A stretch of 64,000 nt of DNA, from the NCBI GenBank assembly GCA_964350265.1, contig CAYGJZ010000004.1:12318-76317 (forward strand), in the 5' to 3' direction. Positions 16,818 through 24,724 of this stretch are shown here, one piece after another. A program made the translations under genes and the position numbers. The DNA is from an uncultured Gammaproteobacteria bacterium. GTDB lineage: Bacteria > Pseudomonadota > Gammaproteobacteria > Arenicellales > CAJQKF01. Numbering within the stretch: position 1 is the stretch's first letter; every line of letters begins with the position of its first letter. The notes below the pieces were generated by a model. It made no database searches, was not told where the DNA came from, and was given only the letters and a program-made list of their open reading frames with translations.

Positions 16818-17597
16818 CTAGCGGCCAACCCAGTTCGGCTGGCGTTTCTCCAGGAAGGCGCTGGCGCCTTCCTTCAGGTCCTCGGAGTGAAAGAACATCA
16901 CCCGCAGCGCGTTCAGGTAGTCGATGGCGGTGCCGGCCGACATGCCGGTGCTGACGCGGAAGGCATCCATGCCCATGCGCAGTGCATAGGGGCTGAACGA
17001 GGCCACCGCCTGCGCCACCTTGCGCGCCTCGTCGACGAGCGCGTCGTGGGCGGCGACCACGTGCACCAGGCCCTTGGCCCGTGCCTCCTCGACATCGATG
17101 GTGCGCCCGGTGAGGCTCAGCGCCAGGGCCTCGCGATCTCCCATGGCGGCGCGGATGGCCGGCAGGATGACCAGCGGGAACAGGCCCAGCCGCAGTTCGG
17201 TTGCGCCGAAACGCGCCTTCTCCGAGGCGACCACGATGGGGCAGGCGCAGGCAATGCCGAAGCCGCCACCGTAGGCCGGGCCGTTGATCGCGGCGACCAC
17301 CGGCTTCGGGTAGTCGGCCAGCCGCTTGAACAGCGTCGCCGTGCCCATGCCTTCTTGGTAGATGTCGCCGGCGCCCTTGTCACGGTAGGTGGTGAACTCG
17401 CGCAGGTCGCCGCCGGCGCAGAAGCTGTCGCCGTTGGCCGACAGCAGCACCACGCTGATCTCGTCGTCGGCGGCGCAGGCGTCGAGACAGGCGATCAGCT
17501 CCTCGACCAGCTCGGTGTTCAACGGGTTGCGCTTCTCCGGCAGGTTCAGGGTAATGGCGCCGATGCGGTTGTCCCGCTCGAAAAGTACGACGGGCAT
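16818..17597 (-). CDS. Enoyl-CoA hydratase/isomerase (crotonase fold)
   Basis: The motifs are FCAGGDL, AAINGPAYGGGFG and the C-terminal EGASAFLEKRQPNW. Confidence 0.9.
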   Translation of the reverse strand: MPVVLFERDNRIGAITLNLPEKRNPLNTELVEELIACLDACAADDEISVVLLSANGDSFCAGGDLREFTTYRDKGAGDIYQEGMGTATLFKRLADYPKPVVAAINGPAYGGGFGIACACPIVVASEKARFGATELRLGLFPLVILPAIRAAMGDREALALSLTGRTIDVEEARAKGLVHVVAAHDALVDEARKVAQAVASFSPYALRMGMDAFRVSTGMSAGTAIDYLNALRVMFFHSEDLKEGASAFLEKRQPNWVGR

Positions 17598-17644
17598 GGT
17601 TCCTCCGTGCTGTGCGTGTGAGGTGGCCGGATACCGGATCCGCG

Positions 17645-18844
17645 CTAGCGGTCCGTTCCGAGATGGGTGATGCCCTGCTCCGCGAGACGGGTGACGCGAT
17701 CACCGTCGACGCCGAATTCCTCGAGGATCTCCCGGCTGTGCTCGCCCAGTGTCGGCGGCGGCCGCGAGAACAGGCACGGCGTCTCGTTGAACTTGATGGG
17801 AAAACCGAAGATCGAGAACTCCCCCGCGGTGGGATGCTCGAAGCGCTGGATCATCTCGCGGTGCTGCACCTGCGGATGGGTCATGACCCGGTCCACGGTA
17901 TGCACCGGGGCCAGCGGCACGTCGTTGGCCTCCATGGCGGCAACCCACTCGTCGATGGTCTTGTCCAGGAAGCGCGCCTGCAGGATGTCGGTCAGTTCCT
18001 GGCGATGTTCCACGCGATCGAGGTTGGTGACGAAACGCGGATCTTCCTTCAATGCCGACAGGCCCATGGCATCCACCGCGCGACCGAACAGGCGGTCGTT
18101 GAAGGTGGCCAGCGAGACCCAGCCGTCGGACACCTCGAAGACCTGGTAGGGCACGATGCTGGGGTGGCCGGAGCCCAGTGGACCGGGCACCTTGCCGGTG
18201 ACGCCGTAGGCGGTGAACAGGTAGGAGATCAACGCCATCTGGCCCTCGAGCAGCGAGGTGTCCACCAACTGGCCGCGACCACTGATCGCCCTCGCCTGCA
18301 GGGCGGCGAGAATGCCGATGTTGGCCAGCAGGCCGGCGGTGATGTCGCACAGGCTGACGCCGATGCGCACCGGGGAACGCCCCTTCTCGCCGGTCACGCT
18401 CATCAACCCGCTGAAGGCCTGCATGTAGATGTCGGTGGCCGGCTTGTCGGCGAACGGCCCGGTGCGGCCGAAGCCGGTGATGGCGCAGTAGACGATGCGC
18501 GGATTGATGGCGGCAAGATCCTCGTAGCCAAGCCCGAAGCGATCCATCACGCCGTTCCTGTAGTTCTCCACCACCACGTCGGCTTCACGTGCCATGTCGC
18601 GGAAGATCTCCTGTCCCTCGGGCCGCGACAGGTCGAGCACGAGGCTGCGCTTGTTGCGGTTGAAGCTGGCGAAGTAGCTGCTCTCCCCGCCCTGCAGCGG
18701 TGGCCATTCGCGGCTGTCGTCGCCCAGTCCCGGTGGTTCGATCTTGATCACGTCGGCGCCGAGGTCGGCCAGCATCATCGAGCAGATCGGGCCGGCCAGT
18801 GCCCGGCCGAGGTCCAGTACCTTGATGTTTTCTAGCGGTTGCAT
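17645..18844 (-). CDS. CaiB/BaiF-family (class III) CoA-transferase
   Basis: The motifs are KVLDLGRALAGPICSMMLADLGADVIKIE, SFNRNKRS and ITGFG. Confidence 0.9.
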   Translation of the reverse strand: MQPLENIKVLDLGRALAGPICSMMLADLGADVIKIEPPGLGDDSREWPPLQGGESSYFASFNRNKRSLVLDLSRPEGQEIFRDMAREADVVVENYRNGVMDRFGLGYEDLAAINPRIVYCAITGFGRTGPFADKPATDIYMQAFSGLMSVTGEKGRSPVRIGVSLCDITAGLLANIGILAALQARAISGRGQLVDTSLLEGQMALISYLFTAYGVTGKVPGPLGSGHPSIVPYQVFEVSDGWVSLATFNDRLFGRAVDAMGLSALKEDPRFVTNLDRVEHRQELTDILQARFLDKTIDEWVAAMEANDVPLAPVHTVDRVMTHPQVQHREMIQRFEHPTAGEFSIFGFPIKFNETPCLFSRPPPTLGEHSREILEEFGVDGDRVTRLAEQGITHLGTDR

Positions 18845-18865
18845 GGGGTTCTCTTGTTGCCGGGA

Positions 18866-19666
18866 CTAGCCATGCAGCTTGCGCAGCACGCCCGAGGGGT
18901 CCACGTGGTGCCGAAGGATGTGCAGCTCTTCGGCGCTCGGCGGCGTGGTGGTGGCGACTTCGCCGGGCACGATCACCGGGGTGGCGGTATGGTCCATGAA
19001 CTCCTCGAGCGTCACCCCGGGGTGGAGGGACTTCAGGCGCATGCGCCGGCTGTCGGGGCAGAAGTCGAGCACCGCCAGCGGGCTGACCACCAGTGCCGGG
19101 CCGCCACCGGGCAGCCGGTATCGTTCCCGGTCGCCGGGCCCGGTGCCGAAGCCCATGGCCGAGACATGGTCGAGCTTGTCGACGAAGGAGCGGCGGGTAT
19201 GCTGCTGCATGTAGATGAAGTAGCGCTTCGACACCATGCTGGCATAGGCCAGCCCGGCGGTGCCCGGTCCGCGCAGTTTCGGTCGGCGGGCGTCGCCGAT
19301 GCCCATCAGGTTCAGGTTGCCGTACAGGTCCACCTGCAGGCCGCCGCCGAAGAACCAGTCGCGCGGCGTGCGAAACACCGACAGCATCGGCAGCACCGAC
19401 TCGGCGCCGGCATAGATGTTGCGGTAGTCGGTGGTGGAGTGCTGCAACGCCGCCGTCGGCTTGCCCACCATGTTGGTGACGAAGCCCACCGCGCTGGTGA
19501 TCACCGCCAGGTTCGGCGCGTGGGAAAGCTGGGCGAGACGCGCCGCGGCCAGCGGGATCTCGCTGCGCGCGCCACCGGGGGAGCCGATCTCGCCATCGCG
19601 CAGTTCGCGGCTGACCGCCACCGCCACCAGTTCCGGCCAGGCGACGTCGATGTTCTGCTCAGGCAT
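18866..19666 (-). CDS. Class I CoA-transferase subunit B (glutaconate/3-oxoacid CoA-transferase beta-like)
   Basis: The sequence resembles GctB-like beta subunits, and GGLQVDLYGNLN is typical. The ATG overlaps subunit A by 8 nt. Confidence 0.8.
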   Translation of the reverse strand: MPEQNIDVAWPELVAVAVSRELRDGEIGSPGGARSEIPLAAARLAQLSHAPNLAVITSAVGFVTNMVGKPTAALQHSTTDYRNIYAGAESVLPMLSVFRTPRDWFFGGGLQVDLYGNLNLMGIGDARRPKLRGPGTAGLAYASMVSKRYFIYMQQHTRRSFVDKLDHVSAMGFGTGPGDRERYRLPGGGPALVVSPLAVLDFCPDSRRMRLKSLHPGVTLEEFMDHTATPVIVPGEVATTTPPSAEELHILRHHVDPSGVLRKLHG

Positions 19667-20564
19667 GGATCGCCCCCCGGTTCCTGGCCAGCGCCGACGG
19701 CGTGGTCACCCTGTCCAGGTAGTCCAGTGGCCCGGCATCCCGGTCCAGGTGCTTGCCGGCGAACCGCGCGAAGCCGTCCTCCGAGGAAGCCGCCTCGAGG
19801 TACTCGCGCAGGCCGGCCTCGTCGAACTGGTAGACGCCGTGGGCGGAACAGGGCCAGGCACCGCCCGGCGCATGCACCACGTGATCGACGACGATGGACG
19901 GCACGTCGACGGCAAACGGGTCGACGCCGATGCGGGCGTCGGGGACCACCTCCTCGACGCTGGCGATGACGGTGCCGCCGGCCATGCGCGTGGCCTCGGC
20001 GAGGAAGGGATCGGCGAAGGGATAGCCCGCGTAGCTCAGGTTGCCGAAACGATCGGCACTGGCGGCATGCACGATGGCGACGTCGGGGAACACCGCCGGC
20101 ACCGCGATCACCGGCTCGCCGGTGCAGTGATCCTCCACCACCTTGAGGTCGGGGTTGAGGGTCGGCAGATCGCTGCCGAGACCGCTCTTGACCAGGCCGG
20201 AGGGCACGTTCCGCGCGGTCGCATCCAGCGCGGCGAGCAGGTGCGTCTCGTCGCATTCCCAGATCTTCAGGCGGCCCTCGGCGGCGAAACGGCGATAGGC
20301 CGGGGCCAGGCCGAGATACTCGAAGCCGAGGTAGGGCACGCGCACCTCGGCCACGCAGCCGGCGGCAATCAGCAGGTCGACGTCCATGGATGCCTGGGGC
20401 ACCGCGATGACGATGAGATCGCGAAGCCCGCGACTGGCGATCTGGCGCACCAGGTGCATCGGCTTGTTGTGGAACAGCGAACCGCCGATCAGCAACGTCG
20501 CACCGTCGTGAAGACCGGTCAGCGCGGTGTTCGCATCGGCAATCCGCGAACGGCGTTCAGGCAC
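19659..20564 (-). CDS. Class I CoA-transferase subunit A (glutaconate CoA-transferase alpha-like)
   Basis: GATLLIGGSLFHNKPMHLVRQI is a GctA-like N-terminus. The start is GTG, with AGGAGG 8 nt upstream. Confidence 0.8.
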   Translation of the reverse strand: MPERRSRIADANTALTGLHDGATLLIGGSLFHNKPMHLVRQIASRGLRDLIVIAVPQASMDVDLLIAAGCVAEVRVPYLGFEYLGLAPAYRRFAAEGRLKIWECDETHLLAALDATARNVPSGLVKSGLGSDLPTLNPDLKVVEDHCTGEPVIAVPAVFPDVAIVHAASADRFGNLSYAGYPFADPFLAEATRMAGGTVIASVEEVVPDARIGVDPFAVDVPSIVVDHVVHAPGGAWPCSAHGVYQFDEAGLREYLEAASSEDGFARFAGKHLDRDAGPLDYLDRVTTPSALARNRGAIHA

Positions 20565-20583
20565 GGTTGGCTCCTCCTTCGTG

Positions 20584-20624
20584 GGAATATTTGTTCTTCA
20601 TACAGAATTGTATTCTGTTCAGAA
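20584..20624. promoter_or_regulatory. Operator-like region in the 71-bp iclR/operon divergent intergenic: GGAATATTTGT-TCTTCAT-ACAGAAT-TGT-ATTCTGT-TCAGAA
   Basis: ACAGAATTGTATTCTGT (20602-20618) is a perfect 17-bp palindrome. It overlaps a second palindrome, TTCTGTTCAGAA (20613-20624). This is the only AT-rich patch between the divergent starts. Confidence 0.5.
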
Positions 20625-20635
20625 AATAAGCTATC

Positions 20636-21499
20636 ATGCGCGAATTCTCCCTGTCAATTGCCTTCGAGGCCTGCTGCTTGCGTTACGAACCCGGATCCAC
20701 CGAGCCACCGCCCAACCGATACTCGGTGCCTTCCATCGAGCGCGTGATCCGCATCCTCTACTACCTGAAGCGGCACAAGAAGGCCGGCGTCTCGCAGATC
20801 GCCAACAGCCTCGACATCACCAGGAGCAACTGCTTCGCCATCCTGAAGACGTTGCAGGCCAACAACTTCGTGCTGTTCGACAACGACACCAAGAAGTACT
20901 TCCTCGGCCCGGCGCTGCTCGAGTTCGCCAACAGCATCGCCGAGGACATGAGCATCACCCACATGGCTCGTCCGTACCTCGAGCAGTTCGTCAAGAGCAC
21001 CGGCCTGTCCATCCTGCTGGTACAGCGCATCAACGACTCCAGGCTGCTGGTCATCGACCGCCAGGACAACACCTCCGACGTTCGCCTGACCGTCTCGGTG
21101 GGCACCCGCATACCGATCACCCACAGCGCCACCGGTCGCGCCTTCCTCGCCTACATGGACGAGGACAGCATCGAACGCCTGGTGCGCACCGTTCCGGTCA
21201 AGCAGCTCACGCCGCACACCATCACCGAGCCGGAACGCATTCTCGAGGACATCCGCGCCACCAGGCAGCGCGGCTACTCGGTGGCCTACGGCGAGAACAT
21301 GCCCGACGTCACCGCCATCGCCGCACCGATCTTCGATGCCAAGAACCAGCCGGTGTACGTGGTCTCCACCATGGGCACGGTGTCGGCCATTCCCAGGGAC
21401 CATGTCGACGTCTACGGCTTCGCCCTTCGGCAGACCGCGGACCGCATCTCCTCCGCGCTGGGCAACACCAGCGAACTGGTCTCCGCGCATCGCGGCTGA
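20636..21499 (+). CDS. IclR-family transcriptional regulator
   Basis: The N-terminal wHTH reads SIERVIRILYYL...GVSQIANSLDITRSNCFAILKTL. The C-terminal IclR effector domain reads ATGRAFLAY...RGYSVAYGE. No SD precedes 20636, so TTG at 20678 (GAGG upstream) is an alternative start. Confidence 0.9.
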   Translation: MREFSLSIAFEACCLRYEPGSTEPPPNRYSVPSIERVIRILYYLKRHKKAGVSQIANSLDITRSNCFAILKTLQANNFVLFDNDTKKYFLGPALLEFANSIAEDMSITHMARPYLEQFVKSTGLSILLVQRINDSRLLVIDRQDNTSDVRLTVSVGTRIPITHSATGRAFLAYMDEDSIERLVRTVPVKQLTPHTITEPERILEDIRATRQRGYSVAYGENMPDVTAIAAPIFDAKNQPVYVVSTMGTVSAIPRDHVDVYGFALRQTADRISSALGNTSELVSAHRG

Positions 21500-21578
21500 C
21501 GACGGCCGGCGCGGCTTCGCCCGGCCATGGCGCTTGACGCGTCGCCATCGCCGGGCGCATGCCTGCCCGTGACCCCTG

Positions 21579-22619
21579 CTAGAGGTTGGCCACGGCCTCC
21601 TTGTACATTTTCACCGCCTCGGAGCCGGGCTTGCCGCGGTCGTCGAGGTCCTTCGCCCAGGCATCCACCACCGGCAGGATGGTGGCGCGCAGTTCGTCCG
21701 CCTCGCTGCCGGCAATCTCGTGCACGGCGGCGCCCTTGTCCTTGAGGTTGGCCAGCTCCCTGGAGTTCATCTCGTCGCTGTGCTCGCACAGGTGACGGGT
21801 GGCGTAGTCGCCGGCCTCCATGAGGATCTTCTGCACGTCTTCAGGCAGCGCGGTCCAGGCCTTCTCCGACATCACGTAGGTCACCGCGGTGCTGCCCAGG
21901 TTGACGCCGGTCAGCCCGTAGCGCATCACCGAGTCGAGGTCGTAGGGCGGCAGGCCGATGTAGGCAAGCATGGCGCCATCGATGGTGCCGCGCTCCACTG
22001 CCTGGTAGATCTCCGGACCGGTCAGGCGAATGGGCGTGGCGCCGAGCAGGGTCAGGGTCTGGTGCTTGGCATCACCGGAGGCGTACAGCTTCAGGCCGGA
22101 CAGGTCCTGGTAGGAATTCAATTCTGCCTCGGCGGTCATCACCGTGTAGGGTGCGAGCATGTTGGCGAACATCACGCGAACGCCCTGCGGCTTGATCTCC
22201 TCCTCGTAGAGAATGCCGCCGGGCGCCATCAGGCTGCTCAGCGCCAGGCTGCCCGCACAGGCGGTCTGGAACATGTCGGGCAGTTCGCCCACCACCGACA
22301 GCGGCAACTTCTCCGGCACGTAGGCAGGCGCCACCGCGCCGACCTCGGCGACCCCGTTCTGCACCAGGGAAAGAATGTCCTTGGCCTTGCCAAGCTGCTG
22401 TGCCGGGAAGTGCTGGAACTCGATGCGGCCGTTGCCAAGCTCCACTGCCTTGTCCATCCACGCCTTGGCGCCCTCGGTGAGGATGTAGTGGCTGGTGGGG
22501 AAAATGTCGGCGACCTTGATCACCACCTTGTCCTCGGCGACGGCCGCCTGGAACAGGGACTGGGTGGCCAGCAGGCCGGCCACGGACAATGCGACACGAA
22601 CGATTCGACGGGTTTTCAT
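21579..22619 (-). CDS. dctP: TRAP transporter substrate-binding protein (DctP family)
   Basis: GGAGGAGAA precedes the ATG at 22619. There is a signal peptide (ATQSLFQAAVA). The sequence is DctP-type: FPTSHY..., FPAQQLGKAKD and ...TPIRLTGPEIYQAVERGTIDG. Confidence 0.9.
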   Translation of the reverse strand: MKTRRIVRVALSVAGLLATQSLFQAAVAEDKVVIKVADIFPTSHYILTEGAKAWMDKAVELGNGRIEFQHFPAQQLGKAKDILSLVQNGVAEVGAVAPAYVPEKLPLSVVGELPDMFQTACAGSLALSSLMAPGGILYEEEIKPQGVRVMFANMLAPYTVMTAEAELNSYQDLSGLKLYASGDAKHQTLTLLGATPIRLTGPEIYQAVERGTIDGAMLAYIGLPPYDLDSVMRYGLTGVNLGSTAVTYVMSEKAWTALPEDVQKILMEAGDYATRHLCEHSDEMNSRELANLKDKGAAVHEIAGSEADELRATILPVVDAWAKDLDDRGKPGSEAVKMYKEAVANL

Positions 22620-22631
22620 TTCTCCTCCTAT

Positions 22632-22647
22632 GTTCTGTATTGAGAAC
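22632..22647. promoter_or_regulatory. Inverted repeat GTTCT-GTATTG-AGAAC upstream of dctP, sharing the ATACAGAA/TTCTGTAT core with the iclR operator region
   Basis: It lies 13-28 nt upstream of the dctP ATG. TTCTGTAT (22633-22640) is the reverse complement of ATACAGAA at 20600-20607. Confidence 0.4.
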
Positions 22648-22785
22648 GTTGTTACTATATTAAAACACCGTCCCTGTTCGTTGTCTACAACCCCGGAACA
22701 TCTCCCCCGGGCACCGCGACCAGGCCGCAACCCACCCCGTTTCGCTGTCACCATCCGGACACCGTCATGGCCGCAGACTCCGGCC

Positions 22786-23427
22786 ATGCATGTTTCCATT
22801 TCGCGGACCATCCCTGCCCTGCTGCTGCTCGCCGCCGTGGCCGGCAACAGCGGCGCGCAGCCGTTGCTGCCGCTGTCGACGGGTTTCGGTGACTGGCAGG
22901 AGGTACGCATCGAGGGCGCGACCCGCTACCGGATCGATCACCGGTGGCAGCCGCCGGCCCTGCGCGCCGATACCGATGGCGGAGCCTCGGCCATGGTGCT
23001 GCGCCGTCGCATCGCCCTCGACCCGCTGCCGGTGCTGACCTTCCAGTGGCGAACCGACCGCCACTTCCGCGCCCTCGACCCGCGCCGCGACGACCAGTTC
23101 GACTTCGTGCTCCGCGTCAGCGCCACGGTTCGTCGCGGGCCGTTGCCCTGGCAGTCGCGCACGTTGAGCTACGCGGTGGCCGATCGACCGCTGGGGGAGG
23201 TCTTCCGCCACCCGAAGAACGCGCGCGTGGTGGTCAAGGTCATGGCCAACACCGACGCGGAGGAAAACCAGTGGCATACCGCGCGCCTTGCCCTGCGCGA
23301 CGACATGCGGTCATTGCTGGATGCACAGATCGGCCATATCGACGCGCTGTCCATCCTGGTCGACAACGACAGCGCCGGCCTGCGCACCACCACCTGGGTG
23401 CGGGGCGTGACGATGCTGCCCGAGTAG
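22786..23427 (+). CDS. DUF3047-like secreted protein
   Basis: It has a signal peptide (ALLLLAAVAGNSGA). The pattern GDWQEVRIEG.TRYRI...LRADTDGGASAMV...LPVLTFQWR is DUF3047-like. Confidence 0.6.
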   Translation: MHVSISRTIPALLLLAAVAGNSGAQPLLPLSTGFGDWQEVRIEGATRYRIDHRWQPPALRADTDGGASAMVLRRRIALDPLPVLTFQWRTDRHFRALDPRRDDQFDFVLRVSATVRRGPLPWQSRTLSYAVADRPLGEVFRHPKNARVVVKVMANTDAEENQWHTARLALRDDMRSLLDAQIGHIDALSILVDNDSAGLRTTTWVRGVTMLPE

Positions 23428-23440
23428 GCCGTTCGGCCGC

Positions 23441-23902
23441 CTAGTCGACGAAGGCCAGCAGGCGGCCGCAGGCCAGCACGGCAAGCCAGGTGAGCAGGGA
23501 GAGAGCGCCGGTACGGCGGCGCGCGGCAGGTGACAACCGGGCCAGTCCGCCGCGGGCATGCACGGCGAGCGCGTGCAGCGTGCCGAAGAGAATCAGCGCC
23601 AGCTTGGCGAGGAACAGCGGCAGCGCCGCGTATTCGCTGGCACGGATGGCGAAGAGGCAGGCGCCGGTGAGCACCGCCAGCAACAGTCCGCTCGCCGCCA
23701 CCGGCACCAGCACCGTGCGCAGGGCGGCGTCGTCGGCGCTGGCGAAGGCGCCGACGAGCTTCAGGTCAAGGGCGGTGACGGCGCCGACCAGCAGCGCCAG
23801 GCCGAGGATGTGGGCGGCGTTGACGGCGGCATAGCCATAGCGGGAATGGCGCAGCCACTCGGCCAGCGCGACGTCCTCGACGACGGCCAGCAACGCCTCC
23901 AC
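23441..23902 (-). CDS. Small integral membrane protein (about 4 TM), function unknown
   Basis: It reads LAEWLRHSRYGYAAVNAAHILGLALLVGAVTALDLKLVG... The start is uncertain: GTG at 23902 lies 17 nt after the upstream stop. The upstream 130 aa of the ORF overlaps the DUF6152-like gene in another frame and is Arg/Pro-rich. Confidence 0.5.
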   Translation of the reverse strand: MEALLAVVEDVALAEWLRHSRYGYAAVNAAHILGLALLVGAVTALDLKLVGAFASADDAALRTVLVPVAASGLLLAVLTGACLFAIRASEYAALPLFLAKLALILFGTLHALAVHARGGLARLSPAARRRTGALSLLTWLAVLACGRLLAFVD

Positions 23903-23919
23903 GGCAGCAACCCGGGGCT

Positions 23920-24285
23920 TCAGTCTCGACCGGGATACAGTTCGTGCAGGGTACCATCGAGCCACAACCGTTCGGCCTTCAGGCGCTTCTCGTCGGGGTC
24001 CTTCGATGGCTCGCCGGACACCTTCAGCGTGACCCCCACGGCCAGTGCGCCATCGGCGATGCCGGCTCGCTGGTTGCGCCAGGTCTGGCCGACTTCCACC
24101 TTCCAGCGGGTGCCGTCGACGTCCAGGACCAGGCTGCCATGGGGATTGCCGAGACTGGCCTCGACGATGGTGCCGGTGAGCTCGAGGTTCTCGCCGGTGG
24201 TCCATGCCCAGCCATGGTGGGCATGGGCGGTGGTGGCGACGGCCAGGGTCAGCAGCGTCGCGACGAGGAGGGATCGCATCGGCAT
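23920..24285 (-). CDS. DUF6152-like small periplasmic protein
   Basis: GGAGAA lies 5 nt upstream of the ATG. A signal peptide ending TAHA is followed by a predicted mature N-terminus HHGWAWTTGE. The rest is a beta-rich domain of about 95 aa. Confidence 0.55.
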   Translation of the reverse strand: MPMRSLLVATLLTLAVATTAHAHHGWAWTTGENLELTGTIVEASLGNPHGSLVLDVDGTRWKVEVGQTWRNQRAGIADGALAVGVTLKVSGEPSKDPDEKRLKAERLWLDGTLHELYPGRD

Positions 24286-24379
24286 GCCCGTTCTCCATTG
24301 CACTGGTTTCGGTGCACGTAGCCTAGCACCGTCACGCGACGCGGGCGCGCGCATGACCAAAGGGTAACGGGACCGTCGC

Positions 24380-24724
24380 TCACCGCCCCGTGTCGCCCCC
24401 CGTGCCGCCGTGGTGCACCGCCAGCCACACCGTGGCCTGTGCCGGGTCGGTCCAGCGCACCCGGTGACGGGCGTGGGCGGGAATGGCGAGGTAGTCGCCG
24501 GCAACGAGATCGCAGCGGCGGCCATCGGCGAACTCGACGATGGCCGCGCCGGTGACCACCAGCACCCATTCCGCGCGCGCCTGGTCGTACCAGCCCTCGG
24601 CCGGCGATGCATGCCCGCGGGAGACGATGCGCTCGATGCGCAGCGCACCGTCTTCCAGCAGCGCCTGGAAATCCTCCTCGCCATGCTCCGGCAGGTCGGC
24701 GAGGAGATTCCCGTCGCCGCTCAC
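24380..24724 (-). CDS. Cupin-domain protein
   Basis: It is 114 aa. The pattern IERIVSRGHASP...WVLVVTGAA...GDYLAIPAHARHRV is cupin-like. The GTG start overlaps the metY stop as GTGA. Confidence 0.7.
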   Translation of the reverse strand: MSGDGNLLADLPEHGEEDFQALLEDGALRIERIVSRGHASPAEGWYDQARAEWVLVVTGAAIVEFADGRRCDLVAGDYLAIPAHARHRVRWTDPAQATVWLAVHHGGTGGDTGR

